A stretch of DNA of 63,065 nt, counting the filler, from Octopus bimaculoides (Eukaryota), in assembly GCF_001194135.2 (NCBI RefSeq). It is 5 parts of 4 records of this genome, joined end to end, with 100 filler letters (N's around TTAATTAATTAA, not from the genome) between each part and the next. Parts side by side here need not be neighbours in the genome. Positions count along the whole stretch, not along the records: positions 1 to 27,105 come from NC_068996.1; 4 more parts are not named here. One strand, 5' to 3'. Positions 1 to 11,253 of this stretch are shown one piece after another (position 1 is the stretch's first letter; each line of letters opens with the position of its first letter). The translations under genes were made by a program, and so were the position numbers. The notes under the pieces were generated by a model. It was given only the letters and a program-made list of their open reading frames with translations. It was not told the origin of the DNA and searched no databases.

Positions 1-40
<40 letters not shown>

Positions 41-76
41 TACATACATGCATGCATGCATACATACATACATACA

Positions 77-108
<32 letters not shown>
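1..108. repeat. (CA)n followed by (CATA)n microsatellite
   Basis: Direct reading of the sequence. Confidence 0.95.
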
Positions 109-109
<1 letters not shown>

Positions 110-324
110 TATCACAGTAATGAAGGCTATTGAACCAGAAACACGTGTCCCGGATTGTCCTTTTCTCTCTTGGCAACAGGCTTGTCCCTTTCTTTAAAAA
201 TATGCCAATTCTGGAGCCCAAAGATTACCTGCCTTTGTCAAGTGGTACTAATCATAATCAGCATTTGGTAATTACGGTTCATCCACTTGAGTTCAAGACA
301 ATGTTACGGAATTACTATCTGTGG

Positions 325-530
325 GGCGTTGAATTGTTAGCCCGCCGGGCAGAATAATTAGCGGAATTTCGTCCCTCTTTACGGTCTGAGTTCAAACTCC
401 ACCGAGGTCGGCTTAGCCTATCATCATTTCAGGGTCAATAAAATAAGTACCTGTTGAGCGCTGGTTTCAATGTAACCGATCTAGACACATCCACAAAACC
501 TGCTGGCCTTGTGCCAAAATTTGAAATCAA
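325..530 (+). mobile_element. SINE family C copy (diverged)
   Basis: Contains gttagcccgccgggc...ctgagttcaaactccaccgaggtcg...aataagtacc, shared with the copies at 14233, 16400, 31100 and 42136. Confidence 0.75.
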
Positions 531-572
531 TATTTTTGTTTCTGTATATATTTATGCATGCTTTTATATATA

Positions 573-1752
573 TTAGATTGTTTCACATGAAACGTCGCAT
601 TTTTAATTACTTCTTATTTCAGTCATTTAAAAATTCAATTATGTATACCTTGCATTTAATCTTGATTCTTTTTCTTTCCCAACAATATTGGTATACAAAT
701 ACCCACAGAAAATGATGACAAGCAAACTACGTTGAGTGATTTTCTCCTATGAGTACAAACTAGTTCACTCTGCCGCAGAATCTCTACGGAATATCAAGCG
801 TGGTTTGGTAATGGTTTTGGTGACGTCATATTCAGAAATTGTTCCAAGGCTCTCGTGCAGGAGATGATAGCCTTGAAAATAAATCAAGGGGTAGTTCAAA
901 ATCAGTTATTCGGCATGATGGATTAAATGCTTTGGTCGAACAAAATCCGAGAACAAAGGTTCGAAATCTTTCATCAGAACTCCAAACATCTCGCAAAACT
1001 GATTTTGGACACCTGTAAGAAATTGAAAAGTCAAGAAAACGGATATGTTTGTTCCACATCATATGAACAAGATTTAAAAAATCAAACGCCTCAAAGCGGG
1101 CTCCTTATTGCTTTTTCGACTGGAAAAAGACTATTTTTGCATCAAATCATTATTTGTGAGGAGAACTGGATACTCTTTGATAATAGCAGAGTCACCTAAA
1201 CACTACCCAAACCCACCATTGCACCCTAAAATGTTAGCGGTCACTATATGGTGATCTGTGAAGGGAGTTATTCATTATTCATTTTCGGAAAAACGGTAAT
1301 AACAAACATCGTATGGCCAGGAAATTGGAGGTATGCACGAAAATTTGAAAAAAGAAGCAACCCAGACAGGGGAATAGATTTGGCCCAATTTTGCTCCACG
1401 ACAACGCACACTCTTCAAGCTACGGTCCAAAAGTTGCAAAGCCTGAATTATGAGACATTGCAACATCCTCCCTATTCCCCTGATATCTCGCCTACTGATC
1501 GTCACTTATTTAAGCATTTTGAGCTTTTCATAAACAATAACACGTTCTTAAATAGAGAAGAGGTAATTGAAGCATTCGGACAGTTTATCACAGCAAAAGA
1601 TGAAATTTTTTAAAAGATGGAATATATGACATAAAGAAACGTTGAGTAAACGTCAGAAATGAACATGGAACATACTTTGATTTAATAAATCAGTTCTCTT
1701 CTAACAGTTCTGAAACATTGTTATCTTTCAAATACAACATTTCATGTGAGAC

Positions 1753-1754
<2 letters not shown>
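573..1754 (+). mobile_element. Decayed mariner (DD34D-type) transposon with both TIRs
   Basis: TA at 571-572. Left TIR core ttgtttcacatgaaacgtcgcattt matches the reverse complement of the right end (ttgtctcacatgaaatgttgtattt) at 21/25. Frameshifted transposase motifs WILFDN, LLHDNA and HPPYSPDISPTDRHLF are present. The right tip is lost in (CA)n. Confidence 0.88.
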
Positions 1755-1787
<33 letters not shown>

Positions 1788-2497
1788 NNNNNNNNNNNNN
1801 NNNNNNNNNNNNNNNNNNNNNNNNNNNNNNNNNNNNNNNNNNNNNNNNNNNNNNNNNNNNNNNNNNNNNNNNNNNNNNNNNNNNNNNNNNNNNNNNNNNN
1901 NNNNNNNNNNNNNNNNNNNNNNNNNNNNNNNNNNNNNNNNNNNNNNNNNNNNNNNNNNNNNNNNNNNNNNNNNNNNNNNNNNNNNNNNNNNNNNNNNNNN
2001 NNNNNNNNNNNNNNNNNNNNNNNNNNNNNNNNNNNNNNNNNNNNNNNNNNNNNNNNNNNNNNNNNNNNNNNNNNNNNNNNNNNNNNNNNNNNNNNNNNNN
2101 NNNNNNNNNNNNNNNNNNNNNNNNNNNNNNNNNNNNNNNNNNNNNNNNNNNNNNNNNNNNNNNNNNNNNNNNNNNNNNNNNNNNNNNNNNNNNNNNNNNN
2201 NNNNNNNNNNNNNNNNNNNNNNNNNNNNNNNNNNNNNNNNNNNNNNNNNNNNNNNNNNNNNNNNNNNNNNNNNNNNNNNNNNNNNNNNNNNNNNNNNNNN
2301 NNNNNNNNNNNNNNNNNNNNNNNNNNNNNNNNNNNNNNNNNNNNNNNNNNNNNNNNNNNNNNNNNNNNNNNNNNNNNNNNNNNNNNNNNNNNNNNNNNNN
2401 NNNNNNNNNNNNNNNNNNNNNNNNNNNNNNNNNNNNNNNNNNNNNNNNNNNNNNNNNNNNNNNNNNNNNNNNNNNNNNNNNNNNNNNNNNNNNNNNN

Positions 2498-2533
<36 letters not shown>

Positions 2534-2560
2534 CATTCATATATTTGTGGTATCTGAATG

Positions 2561-2878
2561 TTCATGGCTTAGTGGTTAGGCTATTCGGCTCAAAATTGTA
2601 AGGTCGTGAGTTCGATTCTCGGCAACGCGTTGTGTCTTTGGGTAAGACACTCTATTTCTCGTTGCTCCAGTTCACGCATCTAGCAAAAATGATTTGTACC
2701 TGTATTTCAAAAGGCCAGCCTTGTCACATTCTGTGTCATGCTGAATCTCCCTGCGAACTACGTTAATGATACGCATGTCTGTGGAGTGCTCAACCACTTG
2801 TACGTTGACTTCACGAACAAGCTGTTCCGTTGATCGGATCAACTGGAACCCACGTCGTCGTGACCGACGGAGTGCCAT
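2561..2878 (+). mobile_element. tRNA-derived CORE-like SINE (family A body, alternative head)
   Basis: A box tggcttagtgg and B box gagttcgattc. CORE-like tgtgtctttgggtaagacact...gcaaaaatga. The 3' body is shared with 39441, 41349 and 62396. Confidence 0.8.
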
Positions 2879-3484
2879 ATATGTGGTCTATTAGCCATGC
2901 TTGCAGACTATGTCAGATCGGACTGTATGACGACCGTTGTCTGAAAAGTTGAAATGACAGTGTATATATGGCAGTTAAACGGATGGAATAATTGAGACGT
3001 CAAAAAATCTACTGTGTAAGGGCAGGTGTTTATGAGGAACAGACACCGAATTAGACGTGTATATTCAAATTTGCTGCGTAATTACTTTATTAAATTCATT
3101 TTTGAGAATTTATATTTCGTGGCGATCTTTCGAAAATCATACACTTATATGGCAGGCAACATCGATTGAAAACGAAAGGAAGATAATAATTGTCATCGTT
3201 TATCTGTACCTACTTACAGCTACATGTACCTATATGTATGAATATATATATGTGTGCGTATGTGTTTGGGAGTGTATGTCTGTATGTATGCGTGTGTGTG
3301 TTTGGGAGTGTATGTGCATGTGCGAGTGTACAGCGTTTTCATTTTTTTTTTTCTCATCTTCTGACATGAAAATTTAATCATTTTTGAAATTTAAAGCATT
3401 AAATTACTTATCCATCCATCGTTTTCTATGATTAGAACTTTTATTATTTTTTTTGCTGCCTATTTTTGCCGATTGTTCACGATT

Positions 3485-3960
3485 ATGGTAGTGTTTGTGG
3501 TGATGGTATGGTGATGACGGTGGTGGTGGTGATGATGATAGTGGTGTGGCGGTAGTGATTGCGACGGTGGTTGTGGTGGTGGTGGTGGTGATGGTGATGG
3601 TGGTAATTGTGGTGGTAATGGTGGTGGTGGTGGTGATTGTGGTTGTGGTGGTGGTGATNNNNNNNNNNNNNNNNNNNNNNNNNNNNNNNNNNNNNNNNNN
3701 NNNNNNNNNNNNNNNNNNNNNNNNNNNNNNNNNNNNNNNNNNNNNNNNNNNNNNNNNNNNNNNNNNNNNNNNNNNNNNNNNNGATGATGGTGGTGATGGT
3801 TGTGATGGTGGTGACCGTGGTGGCGTTTGCGGTGATGGTAGTGGTGATGGTGGTGATGGTGTCTTCGGCGGCGGTGCTGCTGCTGATGGTGATGGTGAAT
3901 TCGGCGGCGACGGTGTTGGTGGTGGTGGTGTTGGTACTGGTGTTAGTGTCGGTAATGATT
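3485..3960. repeat. (GGT/GAT)n low-complexity trinucleotide tract with internal gap
   Basis: Direct reading; it explains the Thr/Pro/His/Val-rich ORFs in the track. Confidence 0.9.
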
Positions 3961-4029
3961 CTGTTGCTACTGATATTGACAATGGTAATACCATTCTTAG
4001 TCTTACTTCCTCTTGTTCTTAATGGAACA

Positions 4030-4480
4030 TTGGGCAAGGAGTTGGCTCCACTGAGTGAGCTCTGCAGCGGCCGTTTACTCTTTTTTGTTTTTTGTTTTTG
4101 CATCAGTTCAGGTTAATTGCACTTCTTTTAAGCCCTCTCCCTAATATTTTCACCCCCAGCCGGTGTCCATTTCAATGCAGTATGTGGCATCCTGTATTCC
4201 GGTAGCCGTTTCATATGTCCGATGAATCGTAATCTTCACTTCTTGACCGTCACCGGATAAATGGTCTTACCCTGACCACAGCCTGACCTCCTCATTACTG
4301 ATGTAATCTTTCCACTATATTCCAAGTATAACACGAATGCATCGCTTATAGAAGACGTCCAATTTGCTGATGATGCTCACTGAGCTTTTCCAATTAGGTT
4401 ATATCCTTAGTGTTTAGTAAATCCGTAGCGGCAGGCAGTGACTCTAGAAATTCTTGTGGCGGTAATAATTGTAGCTCTAA
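4030..4480 (-). mobile_element. RTE-clade LINE ORF2 C-terminal fragment
   Basis: Minus strand translates to RLRFIGHMKRLPEYRMPHTALKWTP, the typical post-RT region of RTE elements. Confidence 0.7.
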
Positions 4481-4984
4481 TGTTTTAGAGACGTTCTAGT
4501 AATCATTCAGTGATTAACACAACCGAAAGTGGTGCCCTGCTGTTGTTAATATTCTTATTCACACTCTCTCTTCTCTCAGTCGTCGTGGAAATCTTTACCA
4601 CTTTCTTGAGTGAGTTCTGATCAGCTTTGAATGCAACGGTAAACGCAACTTGTAATTAATTATTGGCACATATAATTATGTGAGAGTGTTATTTTTCTTT
4701 TTTCTTCAAAGTTAATTGCTGTAATTGAAATGAACCAAACCAACATTCAAGTTAACGATCTGCATCCCATTCTTACTGTTGATATTGCTACTGCTGTTGT
4801 GGATGCAACTTTTTTTTCATTGTTTCTTTCTTTTTTTTTTTTTTGCACACAACTACCGTTCTAGGGTATTGATGNNNNNNNNNNNNNNNNNNNNNNNNNN
4901 NNNNNNNNNNNNNNNNNNNNNNNNNNNNNGGGGGGGTGGATAACTAGCAATACGTTATCAAATGTAGCGTTCTTTACGTACTAA

Positions 4985-5055
4985 AGACGGTTGGATGAGT
5001 TCGAGTAAGATTTGACTGCTATTTCTAGCTACAGGACCAACAACACACCATGTAG
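4985..5055 (-). mobile_element. Short repeat family F fragment
   Basis: agatttgactgctatttctagc is the reverse complement of the motif seen at about 32140 (ctagatatagcatccaaatct). Confidence 0.5.
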
Positions 5056-5716
5056 AGCGAGAGAGAGAGAGAGAGAGCGGGAGATAGTGAGAGAGGGAGA
5101 CAGAGAAAGAGAGAGAGAGAGAGAGTTGATTGGTACCGATGATTGTCTAATTTGGTAAGACTTTATGTCATCAATTGTAACGCGTGTTGTTGACCTATTA
5201 AAGGTTATACCGACTCCACAGTCATTATAACTTAAAAGCTAATTGGTTGCTATATCACTTGTCCAAGGTGAAAACCCAGACTATGGAGAAGAGAAAGGAA
5301 AGGCGGGCGACGAGTGATTACTTCCCCTTCTCGATATTGTATTTCAATAGAGCCATTATTGTTACGTCTCTCTTCAGTTCAATGAAATCTCATAGGTGTA
5401 TGTCTACTTAAAACGATAATCATACATGACAGTGACTGATAGCTAGGCATCTTCCTATGTCTATTCACATGAGTCAGTCTATGTATGTATGTATGTATGT
5501 ATGTATATATGTATGTATCAATCTGTCTATCTATCTATCTACTTATCTATCGAATCTGTCTATATATTTATCTCTCTATTTATCCATTCTTTCTCACCGT
5601 CTCTCTTTCTCACACACGCACACACATACACACACATATATATGCATATATGTCTAGTGTATGTATATATATATGTGCATATATATGAATGTATATATAT
5701 ATGTGCATATATATGA

Positions 5717-5759
<43 letters not shown>

Positions 5760-6165
5760 NNNNNNNNNNTATATGTCTAGTGTATGTGTGTATGTGTGTG
5801 CGTGTTTGAGAAAGAGAGACGGTGAGAGAGATTGGGTATATAGAGATTCGAGATATAGATAGATATATAGATAGATAGATAGTTACATAAATATATAACA
5901 TATAGAGAAAAGGAGCGAGAGAAATAGAAATATATGTCAGTTCATGCTGCAGTGCATGTGTTGGGGGGCGTTTGGCTGGGAGAGCGCGTTTGGGTGGTTG
6001 TTCTGTGTGTGTGTGTGTGTGTGTGTGTGTNNNNNNNNNNNNNNNNNNNNNNNNNNNNNNNNNNNNNNNNNNNNNNNNNNNNNNNNNNNNNNNNNNNNNN
6101 NNNNNNNNNNNNNNNNNNNNNNNNNNNNNNNNNNNNNNNNNNNNNNNNNNNNNNNNNNNNNNNNN

Positions 6166-6225
<60 letters not shown>

Positions 6226-6689
6226 GTGAGTGAGAGAGAGTTAATTAAAACTTTGTTCGTTTGTTTTGCTGCATTTTGTTTCTTTCTCGAAGAACGCACA
6301 ACGACTTGCTGCAATGATTACGATACGTGTTGTAATAGATTTCTTTTTTCTTATTTGATGATTGTGAGTGTAACACATAAAACTTTCAGATCACAAGATT
6401 TCGTACCGATATTTATTTTCATATTTGCAGATATATAGGCGCTGGAATGGGTATGCAGTTCAGCTGTAGAGTAAAGTACGCTGAGAGAGATTCTTTAATT
6501 GTAAGCCTTGAGCGGACGAATTATTGATTTGTGAAAGAAAGTGGTTGGTGAAAGCAGCAAGATCGTCTTCTTTCTAACTATACACACATACGTACACACA
6601 CACTCACTCACACACACGCACACACACACACACACACGCTCACGCACATACGCACACACACACGTACACACACACACGTACACACACAC

Positions 6690-6836
6690 ACATATACGAC
6701 GGGCTTCTTTCAGTTTCCGTCTACCAAATCCACTCAAAGCTTTGGTCGGCTCGAATCTGTAACAAAAGACACTTGCCGAAGATGGGACTGAACCCGGAAC
6801 TATGTGGCTGAGAAGCAAACGTCTTACCACACAACC
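6690..6836 (-). mobile_element. SINE family B, 5' half
   Basis: gggcttctttcagtttccgtctaccaaatccactc...ttaccacacaacca is the reverse complement of the B head at 10896 and 40710. Confidence 0.85.
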
Positions 6837-7944
6837 AGTAGATTTATAAACAAGGCAAATTTTGCTCTTTTTCCGTAGACCGGTAAAAGAATTATGGATA
6901 GCCTTGATCGAATTTCTAACCTCATTGAGTTCTCATCAGAGTGTCTACAACATTTGACCAGTCCATGAGAAGCAAGCAGACATTTTGTTTATATACTCAT
7001 CAAATCCTGTAGCTACAGAGAAGTGAGTCTACTAATTTGCATACCGTAAGGGTTTAACATTTTATTTAATGGCAGGGGCCTCCCAATCGGGTAGTCAGTC
7101 CACAGAGTACCATGGTGTGATATAATATATAGTAGATATATAACTATTTCTCCATAGATTGACAAACATGATTAAGAGTCTTAATGAAGTTTCGGACCTT
7201 ATTGCATTTTCATCAGCGGTATGTGTTCCAATCTAACCAATCCCTTGCAAGTTACCCCTAGACAATAAATGTGCTTTATGCTTTTGGTATATGTCTATGT
7301 CCTTTGGCTTCTGGAGACTAGTTAGGACCATTATTTGACTGATGACACCTATGAGAGTTAAAATTTGCGCCCTAAAACGGTCATCTTACCTCTAGACAAT
7401 ACACTGACACTTGGAATATCACCATTGGAAGATTTTTGATCCTTCAGATTTATCTCATCTTTTTATATGGAACAATTCACAGTTGCATTTCAGTAACTGA
7501 CACACCATTCATTGGCAGAGATAATTTAAATATTTCAAGAATTTATGCTGATGGAACTTGACATATTTATGTTATATATATACCACTATATATATCATTG
7601 GTAACATAAAGGTAATTTCTTTAGCAGTGTGGTTAAGAAGCACATTTTATCATCAATTGGTTTCGGGCTTAGTCTCACTGCATCGCACCTTTGGTCGATC
7701 AATTATTTGTAAGTGAATTTAGTACATGAAAACTATGTAGAAAGCCGTGATGTTTAGATAATTGCGGCCAGGCTGGGGTAGCGCCTTGAAAAGATTACTC
7801 TTTCTTATTTATTTTAAAGCCTGGTACATATTTTACTGAGCCGATCAGTTACTAGAATGTAAACTAATCATCACCGGTTGTCGATCGATGTCGGGGTGGA
7901 AAACACAACAAGCAGAAAGAGATATGTACATATACATATGCACA

Positions 7945-8165
7945 TATATTCTTTCTATTCTTTCAATTCATGCAGACATTTAACTGCGGCCATGCTGGAG
8001 CACCACCTTAAAAGGTTTTTTTTTTTAGTCGAAGAAATCGACTCCAGGACTTACTGTTTGCAAGCCTAGTACATAATCTATCGGACACTTTTGCCGAACC
8101 ACTACATTATGGGGACGTAAACACACCGACATCAGTTGTAAAGCGATGGGGTGGAACAGACATAG
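7945..8165 (-). mobile_element. SINE family B, 3' half, running into (CA)n
   Basis: ctgcggccatgctggagcaccacc...ccaggacttact...ggggacgtaaacacacc matches the B 3' half in reverse. Confidence 0.85.
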
Positions 8166-8176
8166 ACACAGGAACA

Positions 8177-8248
<72 letters not shown>

Positions 8249-8275
8249 NNNNNNNNNNNNNNNNNNNNNNNNNNN

Positions 8276-8313
<38 letters not shown>

Positions 8314-8465
8314 AATGAATATATGCACATATACGTACAGGTATATATATATATATACCTGCTTGTTGTTTATACACCTGTCTTCGTTTTTTTGTTTTTC
8401 TGTAAATTTAAATTATATAAATATATGTGTGTGTTCCTGTGTCTGTGTTTGTCCCCAACCCCATC

Positions 8466-8505
<40 letters not shown>

Positions 8506-8689
8506 TACTCACACACAGACATATATGTATATACACACATACACTTATATGTAAGAGCTCCGGTAGTTTGTGTAAGGCATTGTTTATGTATTTACTTTTT
8601 GTCCGATTCATCTTAATCGTATCAGTGATATTCCAATGGTGATATTCCAAGACTCTGTCTATCACTTAGTTATTCTATGGCTATTATAA

Positions 8690-8860
8690 AATGTCCTTCT
8701 CTTACCAAAAACATTCCAGCCGCGACCATTCCATTTAAGTAGTTATATATCGAGTTTTACAGTATCTAAAACATCTTTCTTTTAATAGTAAGTCATCTGG
8801 GATAAATTCGGTTTATCATTCTAACATGTCGAGCTACCACATGGAGGTCATATCGCTGCT
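8690..8860 (-). mobile_element. Short repeat family F copy
   Basis: Reverse complement contains ggaatggtcgcggctggaatg, matching gatgggatagttacggttgaaat at about 32238. Confidence 0.5.
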
Positions 8861-9555
8861 TGTTATTTCTCGTCCAGTTGCATGCAACGAGAAAAAAAAA
8901 TGTAAAACGTTTATCTTTCATTTATTTATTTATTCATTTATCTATTTATTTATTTATTTATTTATTGTTAACATTCCTTAAATTTCCCCTACACGTTTAT
9001 TTGTAACTTGTACATTCCAGTATAATCACATTTAGATACTGGAAGACAGTTCTGAATTAATAACATTTTGCGCGTCTCTATATTTCGGTGTTTACTTTTG
9101 CGACTTTTGTTTCCTTCTCATTTTTCTGTTCTTCTCTCTCCCCCCTCCTCTCTCTCTCTTTCCTGAAATCTGTTAATTTCATTAAATATGCACCACAGAA
9201 AATATTTACTCGGGGGAATGGAAGAGGTATCATGCCATTAATGCTTACACCAATTATATTTTCGTTCTATCTTATATAAAGTCTCTTAGCCTTTTCTTTC
9301 ATACTTTATAAACGTGTTTTGTCTTCATTTTTGTTTTCACACTCCAGTGTTACCCTTCCTTTCTTTCTAAACCTCAAGTGAAAGTTTCGCATTTTTCGTA
9401 ATACCAATACATACATGTAGATATGTATGCGTGTGTATGTATGTGAGAGCGGTTCTATGTATGAATGTATGAACGCATGTGTATGTACATGTCTGCCTGC
9501 ACGTATGTATTTGTATGAATAAGCAAGTGTTTGAATTTACTAAATGCAGAAAATG

Positions 9556-9596
<41 letters not shown>

Positions 9597-9603
<7 letters not shown>

Positions 9604-10506
9604 ACAAAGGATTGTGGGTAAGGTCAAAACAATGCGAAGTAAATGCAAGGTAAATCACAAGAGAACAAATATGTGAATTAACGTAGACGTACCTTGTATT
9701 CAATATTTTGGGGTTATGACCCCATTTTCAAGAAATTGACGATTGTTGCCGATGTGCGTGGGTGTGATTGTGTGTGGAGTGGACATGAACGGAGAGGTGT
9801 TCCTATAGCAACCAGCTAGCTTCCTCTATAAATCTTTTCTATTGTTGAACTTAGGTTTCATTTGGTGTATGAGGATGGCCTCAGAGATTCTAATGTTGCC
9901 CCTGTTCCGCTGCGTTGCCTTGATGTGCACTGTGACTCGACATACACATAGTGCACACCGACCCTTCCCTGTGAAAATCTCGGTCCAAGAACAACACCTG
10001 ACCCTGAATTGTACCAGAGGACCTATGCTTTTTATGAGTTCATCTGTGGCAAATGTGGCGCATCCTACATATTAAGCACGACAAGAAAACTGCATGTACG
10101 CATTAAGGAACACATGTAAGCAAACATTTCCGTGAAGAAACATCTACGGAAATGCCAGATCCAGGAATTCACAGTGCACTTCAAGGCAACACAGCGGAAC
10201 AGAGGCAACCTTAGAATTTTTGAGGCCTTCCTCATACACCAAAAGAGACCTAAGATCAACAACAGAAAAGAGTTACAGAAAGCTAGCTGGTTGCTCTAGC
10301 AACACCTCTCTGTGCATGTCCAATCCACACACGCTCACACACACGCACATCGGCAACATTCGTCAATTTCTTGAAAATGAGGCCATAACCCCGAAATATT
10401 GAATACAAGGTAAGTCTACGTTAATTCACATATTTGTTTTCTTGTGATTTGCTTTGCATTTAATTCGCATTGTTTTGGCCTTACCCACAATCCTTTATGC
10501 AATATA
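9597..10506 (+). mobile_element. Penelope-like element remnant: GIY-YIG endonuclease 3' end with inverted pseudo-LTR
   Basis: 9961-10299 reads in one frame with one internal stop: ...AFYEFICGKCGASYILSTTRKLHVRIKEHM*...LRIFEAFLIHQKRPKINNRKELQKASWLL*. 9597-9935 is an inverted copy of 10169-10506. Confidence 0.85.
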
Positions 10507-10542
10507 CTCTACACGATGCTTCATAGTAATTATATGTATATA

Positions 10543-10880
10543 GGCGCAGGAGTGGCTGTGTGTTAGGTAGATTGCTTTCCAGCCACATGGTTCCGGGTTC
10601 AGTCCTACTGCGTGGCACCTTGGGCAAGTGTCTTCTGCAATAGCCTCAGGCCGACCAAAGCCTTGTCAGTGGATTTGGCATGTGCTTGTGTGCATGCGTT
10701 TGTCCCCACCACCATCGCTTGACCACCGATGTTGGTGTGTTTACATCCCCGTAACTTAGCTGTTAGGCTTACAAATAATAAGTCCTGGGGTTGATTTGTT
10801 CGACTGAAGGTGGCGCTCCAGCATGGCCACAGTCATATGACTGAAACAAGTAAAAGAATAAAAGAATAAAAGAAAGAATA
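10543..10880 (+). mobile_element. SINE family B, near full length
   Basis: Head ggcgcaggagtggctgtgtg, B-box-like gggttcagtcc, ccttgggcaagtgtcttc, tail gactgaaacaag(taaaaga)n. Confidence 0.9.
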
Positions 10881-10895
10881 CATACATACATATAT

Positions 10896-11058
10896 AGGCG
10901 CAGGAGTGGCTGTGTGATAAGTAGTTTGCTTACCAACCACATGGTTCTAGGTTCAGTCCCACTGCGTGGCAAGTGTCTTCTGCTATACCTTCTGGCCGAC
11001 CAAAGCCTTGTGAGTGGATTTGGTAGACGGAAACTGAAAGATGCCCGTTGTATATATG

Positions 11059-11107
<49 letters not shown>

Positions 11108-11253
11108 ACGTCCTCTTAACTTAGCAGTTCGGCAAAAGGGACCGATAGAATAAGTACTAGGCTCACAGAGAATAAGTTCTGGGGTCTATTTCTTCGACTA
11201 AAGGCGATTCCCCAGCATGGCCGCTCTCAAATGCTGAAACAAGTAAAAGAGTA
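10896..11253 (+). mobile_element. SINE family B, second copy head-to-tail, with internal (TA)n(TG)n
   Basis: Same head and tail as the previous copy, starting about 15 bp after its tail. Confidence 0.9.

Noticed and set aside
585-603. C-to-T differences between mariner TIRs as evidence of CpG methylation
   Set aside because: Only two of four differences are at CpG; too few to conclude anything.
1690-2579. Long ORFs spanning N gaps and microsatellites (also around 11.2-12.2, 14.6-16.4, 20.5-21.7, 40.7-41.6, 42.6-43.7, 45.2-46.5 and 61.7-62.5 kb)
   Set aside because: They are open only because N and dinucleotide or tetranucleotide repeats contain no stops.
3404-4116. Pro/Thr/His/Val-rich ORFs resembling mucin or extensin
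   Set aside because: Translations of a (GGT/GAT)n tract, open in several frames on both strands.
7165-7225. Minus-strand CTGATGA...GAAAC hammerhead-like spacing
   Set aside because: Stem II does not pair, and no NUH site or stem I can be built; at best a heavily decayed relic.
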